Shown piece by piece: positions 1 to 8,212 of a DNA stretch of 64,000 bases (its first letter is position 1; each line of letters starts with the position of its first letter). A program made the translations under genes and the position numbers. Origin of the DNA: Candidatus Woesearchaeota archaeon. GTDB taxonomy: Archaea; Nanobdellota; Nanobdellia; Woesearchaeales; GW2011-AR4. The notes under the pieces are model-generated. The model was given only the letters and a program-made list of their open reading frames with translations. It was not told where the DNA came from and did no database searches. Location of the stretch: assembly GCA_016184145.1 (NCBI GenBank), contig JACPDF010000030.1:76-64075 (forward strand), in the 5' to 3' direction.

Positions 1-276
1 TTCAATGCCTATGCTGATGAGGTTGCTGAAAAATTAAGGAAGAATAGCATAAGGGTTGAGGTTGATAAGAGGGCAGAGTCTATACCTAAAAAAGTGAGGG
101 AAGCTCAAATACAATACGTTCCTTTGATTGTTACAGTTGGAGAAAAGGAAGAAACAAGCAATACTTTGGCAGTAAGGACTTTGGATGGAAATGTCAAATA
201 TGGAATGAAAGTTGATGAGTTTATACTTAAAGTTACTGGCGATATTGAGGAAAGAAATATTAAGGTTGAGATTTGA
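1..276 (+). CDS. thrS: threonyl-tRNA synthetase, C-terminal anticodon-binding domain (5' part lies outside the window)
   Basis: Frame 1 is open from nt 1. The translation ...KVREAQIQYVPLIVTVGEKEETSNTLAVRTLDG... follows the ThrRS C-terminal pattern (K.R.A....VPY..VVG.KE.....V.VR.R.G). TGA stop at 274-276. Confidence 0.7.
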   Translation, partial: FNAYADEVAEKLRKNSIRVEVDKRAESIPKKVREAQIQYVPLIVTVGEKEETSNTLAVRTLDGNVKYGMKVDEFILKVTGDIEERNIKVEI

Positions 277-362
277 GGCGAGTAAAATAGGTGGAATACG
301 GATTTTAAGAAAGAGGGTAAAATTACCGAGCAGAATTTATTGGGGGTTGGATTTGAAATAAA

Positions 363-563
363 ATGGTTAAACGAATAAATCCGTGTCCTGAAAAGTACGT
401 ATTAAAAATTAAATCAATTATCAATAGAAATCCTAAATTAACTTATAGAGAAATTATAAACGAAGGGAAAAAGCGATTTAATCGAAGTGTAAAGACCTGT
501 TGGATTACAGATGTAAAAGAGCAAATGGGATTCAAAGTTAGGAGGGCTTGGAATCGGAAATAA
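363..563 (+). CDS. hypothetical small basic protein
   Basis: 66-aa ORF, Lys/Arg-rich. No recognisable motif. Confidence 0.35.
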   Translation: MVKRINPCPEKYVLKIKSIINRNPKLTYREIINEGKKRFNRSVKTCWITDVKEQMGFKVRRAWNRK

Positions 564-660
564 ATTTTTAAGGTTATTTAACCCATCGTTAACTTAACAG
601 CCCTCAAAACAATTAGTTTTACAAAACAAAAATCCTTTCTTTAACGATTGCAAATGTAGT

Positions 661-961
661 TTATATCTGAAAAAGCCCATCTATCTGTTTGAGCAATTCT
701 TTATGGGTTTTCTTTGATATTTTTGCCACTTTTTTGATAGCCAAGTCTTTCAAGAAAGTATGTATCTGCCAATACTTTATTTTGCTCTTTAATGGAAGGC
801 TTCCTTCTTCAAAATTGTTAATTGGAACCCCTTCAGAATTAGGATTGCTTGTTATTGCACATCCAATAATATCCTCGCCTTTTTCAGCCAATCTTTTTTG
901 CATCTATAAGATCAGAAAAAGGAAAATTTATGATAATAACATCCCCTTTAGAGTACATCAT
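661..961 (-). pseudogene. MazF/PemK-like toxin, frameshifted in an A6 homopolymer
   Basis: An ATG at 959-961 overlaps the antitoxin stop and opens MMYSKGDVIIINFPFSDLIDAKKIG*. The tracked ORF 661-903 continues in another frame as ..RLAEKGEDIIGCAITSNP.., which is the MazF core. The two frames join at the T6 run 894-899. Confidence 0.6.
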
Positions 962-1181
962 CCCACCTTTCATCATAGGGGTTGTCCCACACTTTTTTTA
1001 ATGAAGATTCGCTTAGAAGCATAAGAAGATGCTTTTCCGTCAACTTTACCGGCTTAATAGTTATCTTGTCTTTGTCCTCGCTTACTATAAGCTTTGTGCC
1101 TTTGCTTATCTTAAGTTCATCTCTCATTTTTTTAGGTATTACAATTTGCCCTTTTTCGCCAACAGTTATTACTTCAGTCAT
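948..1181 (-). CDS. AbrB/MazE/SpoVT-type antitoxin
   Basis: N-terminus VGEKGQIVIPKKMRDELKISKGTKL is a swapped-hairpin AbrB-like motif. It sits directly upstream of, and overlaps, the MazF-like frame. Confidence 0.75.
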   Translation of the reverse strand: MTEVITVGEKGQIVIPKKMRDELKISKGTKLIVSEDKDKITIKPVKLTEKHLLMLLSESSLKKVWDNPYDERWDDVL

Positions 1182-1266
1182 ACAAGTAGGAATATCCTAC
1201 AAGTATAAATATCTTTTGGTTTTTCCCAGAAAAATTTAAATATGTAAACATCTTATTTGTTGTAGT

Positions 1267-2109
1267 ATGGACAAAGCCAAATCGACCTTGAGCATCATAT
1301 TTGCATTCTTGATAATTAGCATCCTTATTTCTGTTTATGCAATGGCAAAACCCAATACAGACAGGGTTACAGCTACCAACGTAAAGTCTGGCAATGTAGT
1401 TGTAATACCAGCAAACGCAGTAGAAGTTGCTCCAGACGTCTTTAGTTTAGGAACAGCAACGGATGTTGATGGAAGAGTTGTAGAGGGGTTTATGTTTGTT
1501 GACAGGAAGAGGGAAAATGCAAAGCCTCCATGGGCTGGCGGTGGCGGTGGAGGAGCTACAAAATGCTATTCATTTTTGGCAAAAGGCGCTAAATGGAAAG
1601 TTCTGGAGCCTTGGGTTGTAAATCCGGCTAATACTGAGGGATTAAGCGATAGTTTTGTTTTAGGTAACCTTGCAGCGGACATAACAAAATGGGAAGATGC
1701 CTCTTCAACTAATATACTTGGTAGCGGCAGCATAAACACATCTAATTTAGTTGCCGATACACAAAGTACTGATGGGGCAAATGAAGTCTACTTTGGCGAT
1801 GTCGACAGCCCGGGAGCAATTGCAGTCACAATAGTTTGGGGCATTTTCTCTGGTCCATCATTCGCAAGAGAATTAGTTGAGTGGGACCAGATTTATGACC
1901 AGGTTGATTATGACTGGTCTTCAACAGGACAAGCAGACAAGATGGACTTTGAAAATATAGCTACACATGAACTTGGCCATAGCGTTGGAATGGGACATCC
2001 GCCAAGCGAATGCACAGAAGAGACAATGTATGCGTATGCAGGCTTTGGAGAGACGAAGAAGAGAGACTTAAATGCAGGTGATATTACTGGAGTTAATGAG
2101 TTGTATTAG
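1267..2109 (+). CDS. secreted metzincin-type zinc metalloprotease
   Basis: N-terminal hydrophobic signal or anchor. HELGHSVGMGH matches HExxHxxGxxH, followed by a Met-turn-like MYAYA. Contains a Gly run. Confidence 0.8.
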   Translation: MDKAKSTLSIIFAFLIISILISVYAMAKPNTDRVTATNVKSGNVVVIPANAVEVAPDVFSLGTATDVDGRVVEGFMFVDRKRENAKPPWAGGGGGGATKCYSFLAKGAKWKVLEPWVVNPANTEGLSDSFVLGNLAADITKWEDASSTNILGSGSINTSNLVADTQSTDGANEVYFGDVDSPGAIAVTIVWGIFSGPSFARELVEWDQIYDQVDYDWSSTGQADKMDFENIATHELGHSVGMGHPPSECTEETMYAYAGFGETKKRDLNAGDITGVNELY

Positions 2110-2172
2110 ATTTGCAGAATTCTAATTTTTTATAATATTTATAATATAAGTGGTTGAAATAATTACTCTAAA

Positions 2173-4443
2173 TTACTCTACTACTGCGGGGCCAGCAGTT
2201 GCTATCCCAACTGAACCTCCTTCTACAGTAGTCCCATAGTAAGGTACTGGATAAGGGTAAGGCTTTTCGTAAGGAAGCTTTATTTCTTTTATCTCTTTGC
2301 TTACGTCTTCAAGCTCATTCATCTTTATTTTTCCTTCTGAGATAGTGTATAGCACATCATCCATGTACAATGACCTTCTGACTGCATTCGGGCTTCCATA
2401 ATAGTAATAGTCAGTTTCCTCATAATCATCGTTGTGCGTTATCTTCCCATTCAATTCAAAGCCATCCTCAGCAGTTAAATCAAAGACATAAGCCCCTTGC
2501 CAGTATCTTTGCCTGTAATAGCCATATTTTGGATCGTAAATTTGCTTCCCTTTGACTTCTGTAACCGGGATTACCAATAAATTCCTGTTTTTGTCAAAGA
2601 GGAATGCTTTATGCTCCCTTAAAGCCTCTGAGTCTGTTCCAGCCTCTCCAATTGTGTATTGATCCAATTGCTTTGGCTTCTCGACATCCGAAACATCAAA
2701 CAATGCCAGCTTAATGCCCTTCACAGATATCCCTCCCCATTCATTGCCTTCTGTCTCCTTGCCTACCCCTATGATGTGGTCTTCATCATAAGGATGCAAA
2801 TAATCCGAAAATCCGGGTATTTTCAGCTCTCCGAGTATTTTTGGATTTTGCGGGCTTGACAGGTCTATCACAAACAAGGGATCAATTCTCTTGAAAGTTA
2901 CCATGTAAAGCCTGTCGCCAATAAACCTTGTCGAGTATATTCTCTCATCTGGCGCAATTCCCTCAAGCTTTCCCGCAATTTTCAATTCATCATCAAGCAC
3001 ATATACATTATTGTGCATTATTTGCCCTCTATTGCCATAAAGCTCCAGAGTTGTCGCAATCCTGAAATAATCCTCATGCTCGTCCATTGAAAACTGGTTT
3101 AGCAAGTAGCCTGGAACTTCTCCCTTGGCATCGTACTCGATGCTGCCCTTATCAATATTTATCTTATGGATTACGGTCTTTGCCCTTTCTTCCTCCCGCT
3201 TTAGCTCATATTCATTTATTGCCTCCTCTATATCCTTAACCAATTCATATTTCTCCTCTTCATCCATTGAATTGTACATTTCTTCCAATACTTCAGAGAT
3301 TTCCTGCCATTTTTCATATGAATCTAAGCTTCCATCTGCCTTTATCTCGTCAATTTTCTCCCTGGCATCTGCAGGCAATAACGGCTTCACAACATCATAA
3401 AACCTGTCTTCATTATGGCTTTCATAGTAAACATAAGGCAAATTCTTCTGGTAAGTTATGTATAAATTGTCTTGGGATGCATAAATTGCATTTGAATACC
3501 CCATCATGAATGTTTTTGCATTTACATCATCATTTTCGTCGAAGATGTTAAATGAGGCAACTGTGTTAAAATTGTAGTTGTATTCGGGATTGTCAAAATA
3601 ATAAATATCCGGCCTTGCAATAGCCGTTGAAGCTTGTTTTATCACAGGCAAGTCAATTGACTGCGCATAATAATACACATCATCCCTTACTATGAAATAA
3701 ACATAATCATCTATCATTCTTGACTCGATATAATAGCCATTAAGGTTGTAATCCTTTACAAGCTCTGGATCTTCCCTGTCAGAGATGTCATAGACATAAA
3801 CATGAATTACACTGGTATATCTCGGTCTTGGAATATAATCATATTGCGCAAAAACCGGGACTTCCCCGTCTCTTTCCACAAATAAAGCCAGCCTGTCTTT
3901 GTTTACAAACATGTCTCTTGGCCTTCCATCTATTTTTGTTTCAGAAAGAATTTTTGCATCTTCTGCTGGGAAAGCATCTACTATAACCAGCTTGTTTTGC
4001 GTTAGTGTGTATATATACTTGCCATCATTCTTTACAAAGTCGGCTTCATCCACTCCTTCAACTTGAATATTTGTCTTAGAGTAGTCGGCAGCTGAAACGC
4101 CTGCGCTGCCTGAACTATCAGCAGATTTTGCCATTGGCGCAGCAGCACTTTCAGCCATAGCTGCCATTTCTCTCCCAATGCCAACTCCGCCGCCATAAAA
4201 TATGCCCCCATACTGCGCATTTGCTTGTGAGTCCTTAATATAATCCAAAACTTCCTGAGCGGAAGAAAATTTCTTCAATTCCTGCGTTGATTCAAATTGG
4301 GCTACTTTGGCGTCCTTTACACTAGTGGTTGCTTTCCCGTCTTTATCTGTAACTCCAACTTGGCACGATACAAGCAATATGCCTAAAAATACCAGTACAC
4401 AAATGTAAATTCCGTCAGCAAAATTTGTGTTTTTCATTTTCAT
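2173..4443 (-). CDS. secreted beta-propeller domain protein (COG4880/PF09826-like), probable lipoprotein
   Basis: N-terminal signal with LLVSC lipobox. C-terminal region ...RFIGDRLYMVTFKRIDPLFVIDLSSPQNPKILGELKIPGFSDYLHPYDEDHIIGVG is typical of this archaeal/Firmicute family (from memory). Confidence 0.7.
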   Translation of the reverse strand: MKMKNTNFADGIYICVLVFLGILLVSCQVGVTDKDGKATTSVKDAKVAQFESTQELKKFSSAQEVLDYIKDSQANAQYGGIFYGGGVGIGREMAAMAESAAAPMAKSADSSGSAGVSAADYSKTNIQVEGVDEADFVKNDGKYIYTLTQNKLVIVDAFPAEDAKILSETKIDGRPRDMFVNKDRLALFVERDGEVPVFAQYDYIPRPRYTSVIHVYVYDISDREDPELVKDYNLNGYYIESRMIDDYVYFIVRDDVYYYAQSIDLPVIKQASTAIARPDIYYFDNPEYNYNFNTVASFNIFDENDDVNAKTFMMGYSNAIYASQDNLYITYQKNLPYVYYESHNEDRFYDVVKPLLPADAREKIDEIKADGSLDSYEKWQEISEVLEEMYNSMDEEEKYELVKDIEEAINEYELKREEERAKTVIHKINIDKGSIEYDAKGEVPGYLLNQFSMDEHEDYFRIATTLELYGNRGQIMHNNVYVLDDELKIAGKLEGIAPDERIYSTRFIGDRLYMVTFKRIDPLFVIDLSSPQNPKILGELKIPGFSDYLHPYDEDHIIGVGKETEGNEWGGISVKGIKLALFDVSDVEKPKQLDQYTIGEAGTDSEALREHKAFLFDKNRNLLVIPVTEVKGKQIYDPKYGYYRQRYWQGAYVFDLTAEDGFELNGKITHNDDYEETDYYYYGSPNAVRRSLYMDDVLYTISEGKIKMNELEDVSKEIKEIKLPYEKPYPYPVPYYGTTVEGGSVGIATAGPAVVE

Positions 4444-4595
4444 TATCCCGTTTGATTTTTGTTTTTATTTTTTCCTTTATTGTCTTTTTGGTTTTGCCAC
4501 TTTGCTTATTTTTTGCTTATTTACTCATCCTGTTATTGAATTTGTAAAGTTGAGCATATTTAAATACTTATTTATGGTTTCAAATTGAGTTGAAG

Positions 4596-5204
4596 TTATC
4601 GGTTGAAGTCTTTCCTTATCATCCCAATAATAAGGTAGATTAGCAATGCGAATAACGCCCCCATTAAAAACCACAATGCCAGATTTTGCGTTAGTAATGG
4701 TGCTGCCTGCCCTGCAGGGGCTTCTGCAGCCATTGCCAGCGCAGATTCCTGCACCATAGCGGATTTAGCAACTGCAAAATCTTCAGCCACTACAGTCTTT
4801 GAAAAATAATTATTAACTAACTGTATGATTCCTGCTGCCCCGGCAGCTATTAAGGCTGCTGGCAATATCCCCATCAGCTTTTCCCTTATTCCGGAAGTTT
4901 TTTTGGGCGCAATGATAATATACTTATTGGCCAGCTTATAATGATAAACCTCCTTGCCCTTTTCGCTGTAATGGAATTCTTCCGCGATTAACAAGCCTGC
5001 ATCTGTTAGTTGTCTAAGGTTGTAATGCACAGTCGAAATTGGAATATTCAGGGCTTTAGCTATCTCTGATTCCGTGGCTTCCTTGTCCAGCAAATGATCT
5101 AATATTTTCCTGCAAGACTCATTGCTGACTATATTGGCTATTTTCTTTGTTTTTGAGTCTTCCAATGATAAAAGCAAAAAGTTTTTTTTTGCCATAGTAA
5201 ACAT
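4596..5204 (-). CDS. ArsR-family winged-helix regulator with C-terminal membrane segments
   Basis: ESCRKILDHLLDKEATESEIAKALNIPISTVHYNLRQL is an ArsR-type HTH. The tail is hydrophobic. The probable start is MAKKNF at 5195. Confidence 0.7.
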   Translation of the reverse strand: MFTMAKKNFLLLSLEDSKTKKIANIVSNESCRKILDHLLDKEATESEIAKALNIPISTVHYNLRQLTDAGLLIAEEFHYSEKGKEVYHYKLANKYIIIAPKKTSGIREKLMGILPAALIAAGAAGIIQLVNNYFSKTVVAEDFAVAKSAMVQESALAMAAEAPAGQAAPLLTQNLALWFLMGALFALLIYLIIGMIRKDFNR

Positions 5205-5325
5205 GATATGTCAAGCATTTATAAATAGTTTTCCTAAGCTTCAAGCTGGGTTGAAGTTATAGAAGTTATCCAAACTTGAAAAATAAATTAGATTGCACTT
5301 TCTATAATCAATAGCAAAACATTAA

Positions 5326-5335
5326 CTTTATAAAA
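5326..5335 (+). promoter_or_regulatory. TATA-box-like element (CTTTATAAAA) 22-31 nt upstream of the srp54 ATG
   Basis: The same motif and spacing recur upstream of the tRNAs and of the MutS-like gene, which suggests a leaderless or short-leader mRNA. Confidence 0.45.
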
Positions 5336-5356
5336 TAAAAACCATAACTACAGACT

Positions 5357-6712
5357 ATGGTACTGGAAAAGCTGGGAGATTCGTTAAAGAGCACTTTGCA
5401 AAAAATAGCGAGAGCTGTATTTGTTGATGACAAGCTGATAAATGAACTAGTCAAGGATATACAAAGAGCCTTATTGCAGGCAGATGTAAATGTGCAATTA
5501 GTTTTTGATTTAACCAATAACATCAAGGAAAGGATAAAAAAAGAGGAGACTCCTCCCGGGCTTACGAAAAAAGAGCATTTGATCAATATTGTTTACGAAA
5601 CTCTTGTTGATTTTCTTGGCAAAGAGCAGTACAAGATTGACATCAAGGAAAAGCCTTTCAAGATAATGCTTGTTGGCTTGTTTGGAAGCGGCAAGACTAC
5701 TTCTGCCGGCAAGCTGGCAAAATATTTTGCAAAAAGAGGCAATAAAGTCGCTTTATTGGGCTTGGATATACACAGGCCGGCTGCAATGGAGCAGATCGAG
5801 CAGATCGCCAAGCAGGCAAATGTTCCAGTATTTATGGACAAAAAAGAGAAAAATCCAATAAAAATCTATAATAATTATAAAAATGAATTAAGCAAATTTG
5901 ACATTGTTATAATTGATACTGCCGGAAGGGATGCTTTATCTAAAGAATTGATTGAGGAAATTGAGAATCTAAATGATGAAATAAGGCCCAATGAGAATTT
6001 TTTAGTTATTTCCGCTGATATTGGCCAGGCAGCTCAAAGACAGGCAGAGCAGTTTCACAAAAGCTGTAGCATAACTGGAGTTATTGTTTCTAAGATGGAC
6101 GGGACAGCAAGAGGAGGAGGCGCATTAACAGCGTGCTCTGTTGCTCAGGCTCCTATTGTCTTTATCGGTGTTGGGGAGAAAATAGATGACCTTGAGCACT
6201 TTAACCCGAAAGGCTTTGTGGGAAGGATTTTGGGAATGGGGGATTTAGAGGCTTTATTGGAGAAAGCAAAAGAAGCCATAAAAGTTGAGGATGCCGAAGA
6301 TTTGGGAAAGAAATTCCTGAAAGGAGAATTTAATTTGCTGGATTTGTATGAGCAGATGGCAGCAATGAAAAGCATGGGCTCCCTGAAGAAATTAGTGGAA
6401 ATGATTCCAGGCTTTTCATCTTTGCATTTGCCGAAGGAAATGCTTGATGTCCAGGAAGGCAAGCTTGAAAAGTGGAAAATTGCTATGCAATCCATGACCA
6501 AAGAGGAGCTTGAAGATCCTGATGTTATGTCCAATGAAAGACTGGAAAGGATAAGCAAAGGCTCCGGAGTTCAAATAAGCGCAATAAGGGAATTAATCAA
6601 ACAATACAGGCAGAGCAAGAAGATGGTCAAATTATTTAAGGGCAGCAAAGGAGACATGGGCAAGATTATGAAGAAATTTGGAGGACAGCTGCCAGGGAAC
6701 TTTAAGATGTAG
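5357..6712 (+). CDS. srp54: signal recognition particle protein SRP54
   Basis: GTPase motifs GLFGSGKTT, DTAGR and SKMDG. The C-terminal M domain is Met-rich. Confidence 0.95.
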   Translation: MVLEKLGDSLKSTLQKIARAVFVDDKLINELVKDIQRALLQADVNVQLVFDLTNNIKERIKKEETPPGLTKKEHLINIVYETLVDFLGKEQYKIDIKEKPFKIMLVGLFGSGKTTSAGKLAKYFAKRGNKVALLGLDIHRPAAMEQIEQIAKQANVPVFMDKKEKNPIKIYNNYKNELSKFDIVIIDTAGRDALSKELIEEIENLNDEIRPNENFLVISADIGQAAQRQAEQFHKSCSITGVIVSKMDGTARGGGALTACSVAQAPIVFIGVGEKIDDLEHFNPKGFVGRILGMGDLEALLEKAKEAIKVEDAEDLGKKFLKGEFNLLDLYEQMAAMKSMGSLKKLVEMIPGFSSLHLPKEMLDVQEGKLEKWKIAMQSMTKEELEDPDVMSNERLERISKGSGVQISAIRELIKQYRQSKKMVKLFKGSKGDMGKIMKKFGGQLPGNFKM

Positions 6713-6781
6713 TTTTCTAAAACCGAAATCTTTAAATAAACATTAAGTTATAATCCCGATAATAAAAAAGAGGTTGGTAGA

Positions 6782-7372
6782 ATGGCGGATGACGAGCCTT
6801 ATGACTTGTTGCCTCACCGTGAGATAGACGAATTGAAGAGGCAGGTGCAGGAATTAAAGACAAGATCCGATAAATCTTCTTCTCAGGAAATTGTAAGAGC
6901 CCTTGATCAGTTGACCAGGAGCATGGATGCCATGCTAAGGCTTTTTACAGAGGCTTCGCATGAAGTTACAGGCGAGGACAAAGGCCATGAAAAAATTGCG
7001 CAGAAGCTGGACGAAGTTATGGATCAAAACAAGACTATAGCAGAGGGCGTAGTAGCTGTTGCAGACATGGTAAGGGATTTTGCTGAAAAGCAAAAGTATG
7101 AACCAGCGCCTATGCCAAGACCAATGCCAAGGCCTAAATTCCCGCAGTCTGGGCCGGAGCCAAATTTTCCAGGGCCGGATTTTTCACAACCACCAAGATT
7201 TGAACCAGAATTCAATGAAATGCCAAAGACGCCAAGATTCGAGCCGGGCTTTAACGAACCGGGGCCTCAAGGGCCTGTTCCAATGCCAAGCATACCATTT
7301 TCAGATTTTAATCTAGGTAATCTAGGAGAAAAGCCGAAGAAAAAAGGAATTTTCGGCAGATTAAAAAAGTAA
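6782..7372 (+). CDS. hypothetical protein, coiled-coil N-terminus and Pro-rich repeats
   Basis: 196-aa ORF with repeated P(M/R)PRP and FEPxFNE units. Confidence 0.5.
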   Translation: MADDEPYDLLPHREIDELKRQVQELKTRSDKSSSQEIVRALDQLTRSMDAMLRLFTEASHEVTGEDKGHEKIAQKLDEVMDQNKTIAEGVVAVADMVRDFAEKQKYEPAPMPRPMPRPKFPQSGPEPNFPGPDFSQPPRFEPEFNEMPKTPRFEPGFNEPGPQGPVPMPSIPFSDFNLGNLGEKPKKKGIFGRLKK

Positions 7373-7373
7373 A

Positions 7374-7844
7374 ATGGAGCCTTTAGAGCATATAAGCCCT
7401 TCTCAGGTTAAAAGTTTCTTTACGAACTTATGCGCAGCAAGCAGAAGGTGCGAGAAAAAATACCATGATATTCAGGACTTAGGTAATCAGCTGGAGAAAA
7501 CTAAAAAATATTTAAAAGGAAACTTGGATACAGGCGATATTCCCAGGCTAAAATCAAAAATAAATGAGGTTCTTGAGTCAGAGAAAAAAATACTTGGCTA
7601 TAAAAGGGCGGAGACTGCAAAAGAAAAAAGGCTATCTGAAAAAATAGACGAGCTGGAACATGAGCTGCAGCAGGCAAGGCAGGAGAGAGACAATGCAATA
7701 GAGCAGAACAGGAAGCAAATTCATGAGCTTAATGCTGCTTTATCATCAATAAAAATGAGGATGGAGACATTCATCGAGCGCAAGAAGGAGAGGGAAACAA
7801 GAATAAGGGAATTAGAGAAGAAGGTAAAGAATAAAGTCAGGTAA
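7374..7844 (+). CDS. hypothetical coiled-coil protein
   Basis: 156-aa ORF that starts 2 nt after the previous stop. Strongly charged with heptad character. Confidence 0.5.
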   Translation: MEPLEHISPSQVKSFFTNLCAASRRCEKKYHDIQDLGNQLEKTKKYLKGNLDTGDIPRLKSKINEVLESEKKILGYKRAETAKEKRLSEKIDELEHELQQARQERDNAIEQNRKQIHELNAALSSIKMRMETFIERKKERETRIRELEKKVKNKVR

Positions 7845-7845
7845 A

Positions 7846-8037
7846 TCAAACGTCCCTTCCCATTAAAGTTGTCCTGTTGTTTGCTATCGCCCTGACACAG
7901 GCTTCCTCTATTATCTTCTGGACTTTCCTGTTCAAAGCCTCATAGAACTCGTTTGATATGTTTAATGCCTTTCCATTAATTTTTGCATAATTCTTTATCT
8001 GCGACCTTACGACAAGAGCTGTGCCCATCAAAACCAC
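7846..8037 (-). CDS. DUF1931-like histone-fold protein
   Basis: 63 aa. ...ALNISNEFYEALNRKVQKIIEEACVRAIANNRTTLMGRDV resembles the DUF1931 (Aq_328-like) pattern ..A.aNgRkT....D. Confidence 0.5.
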   Translation of the reverse strand: MVLMGTALVVRSQIKNYAKINGKALNISNEFYEALNRKVQKIIEEACVRAIANNRTTLMGRDV

Positions 8038-8099
8038 CTCATTGATTGTTTATTTTTAATTATTTAATAAAATAATTATTCCATCAATTCTAGGCTCGC

Positions 8100-8151
8100 C
8101 GCAGTGAATTGTGAGCGAGTTCGCAAAAAATTCGCTCACTCGCATCTCACT
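8100..8151 (+). repeat. copy 1 of a BHB-bracketed hairpin element, flanked by 7-bp direct repeats GGCTCGC
   Basis: 8104-8143 matches the reverse complement of 17835-17874 at about 36 of 40 positions. Layout: GTGA / ATT / GTGAGCGA..TCGCTCAC / TCGC / ATC. Termini CAGTGA...TCACTG. GGCTCGC occurs at 8093-8099 and 8152-8158. Confidence 0.7.
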
Positions 8152-8212
8152 GGCTCGCATCATTGGTACGTAGCTTTCCCAATCGCCCCATTGCGGGCGA
8201 TAATAAATATGC

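Noticed and set aside
5308-5586. Many tracked ORFs lie antisense to, or out of frame within, clearly identified genes. Examples are 5308-5586, 5593-5841, 6145-6558, 8619-9071, 14614-15078, 18688-19293, 21455-22135, 33987-34403, 40242-40745, 57268-57804, 58565-58897 and 59428-60130.
   Set aside because: They overlap strongly supported genes (srp54, gltX, HIT, tuf, pilin cluster, DoxX, ribD, exosome genes). Their composition is the low-complexity Ser/Leu/Phe/Cys pattern typical of antisense frames in AT-rich DNA.
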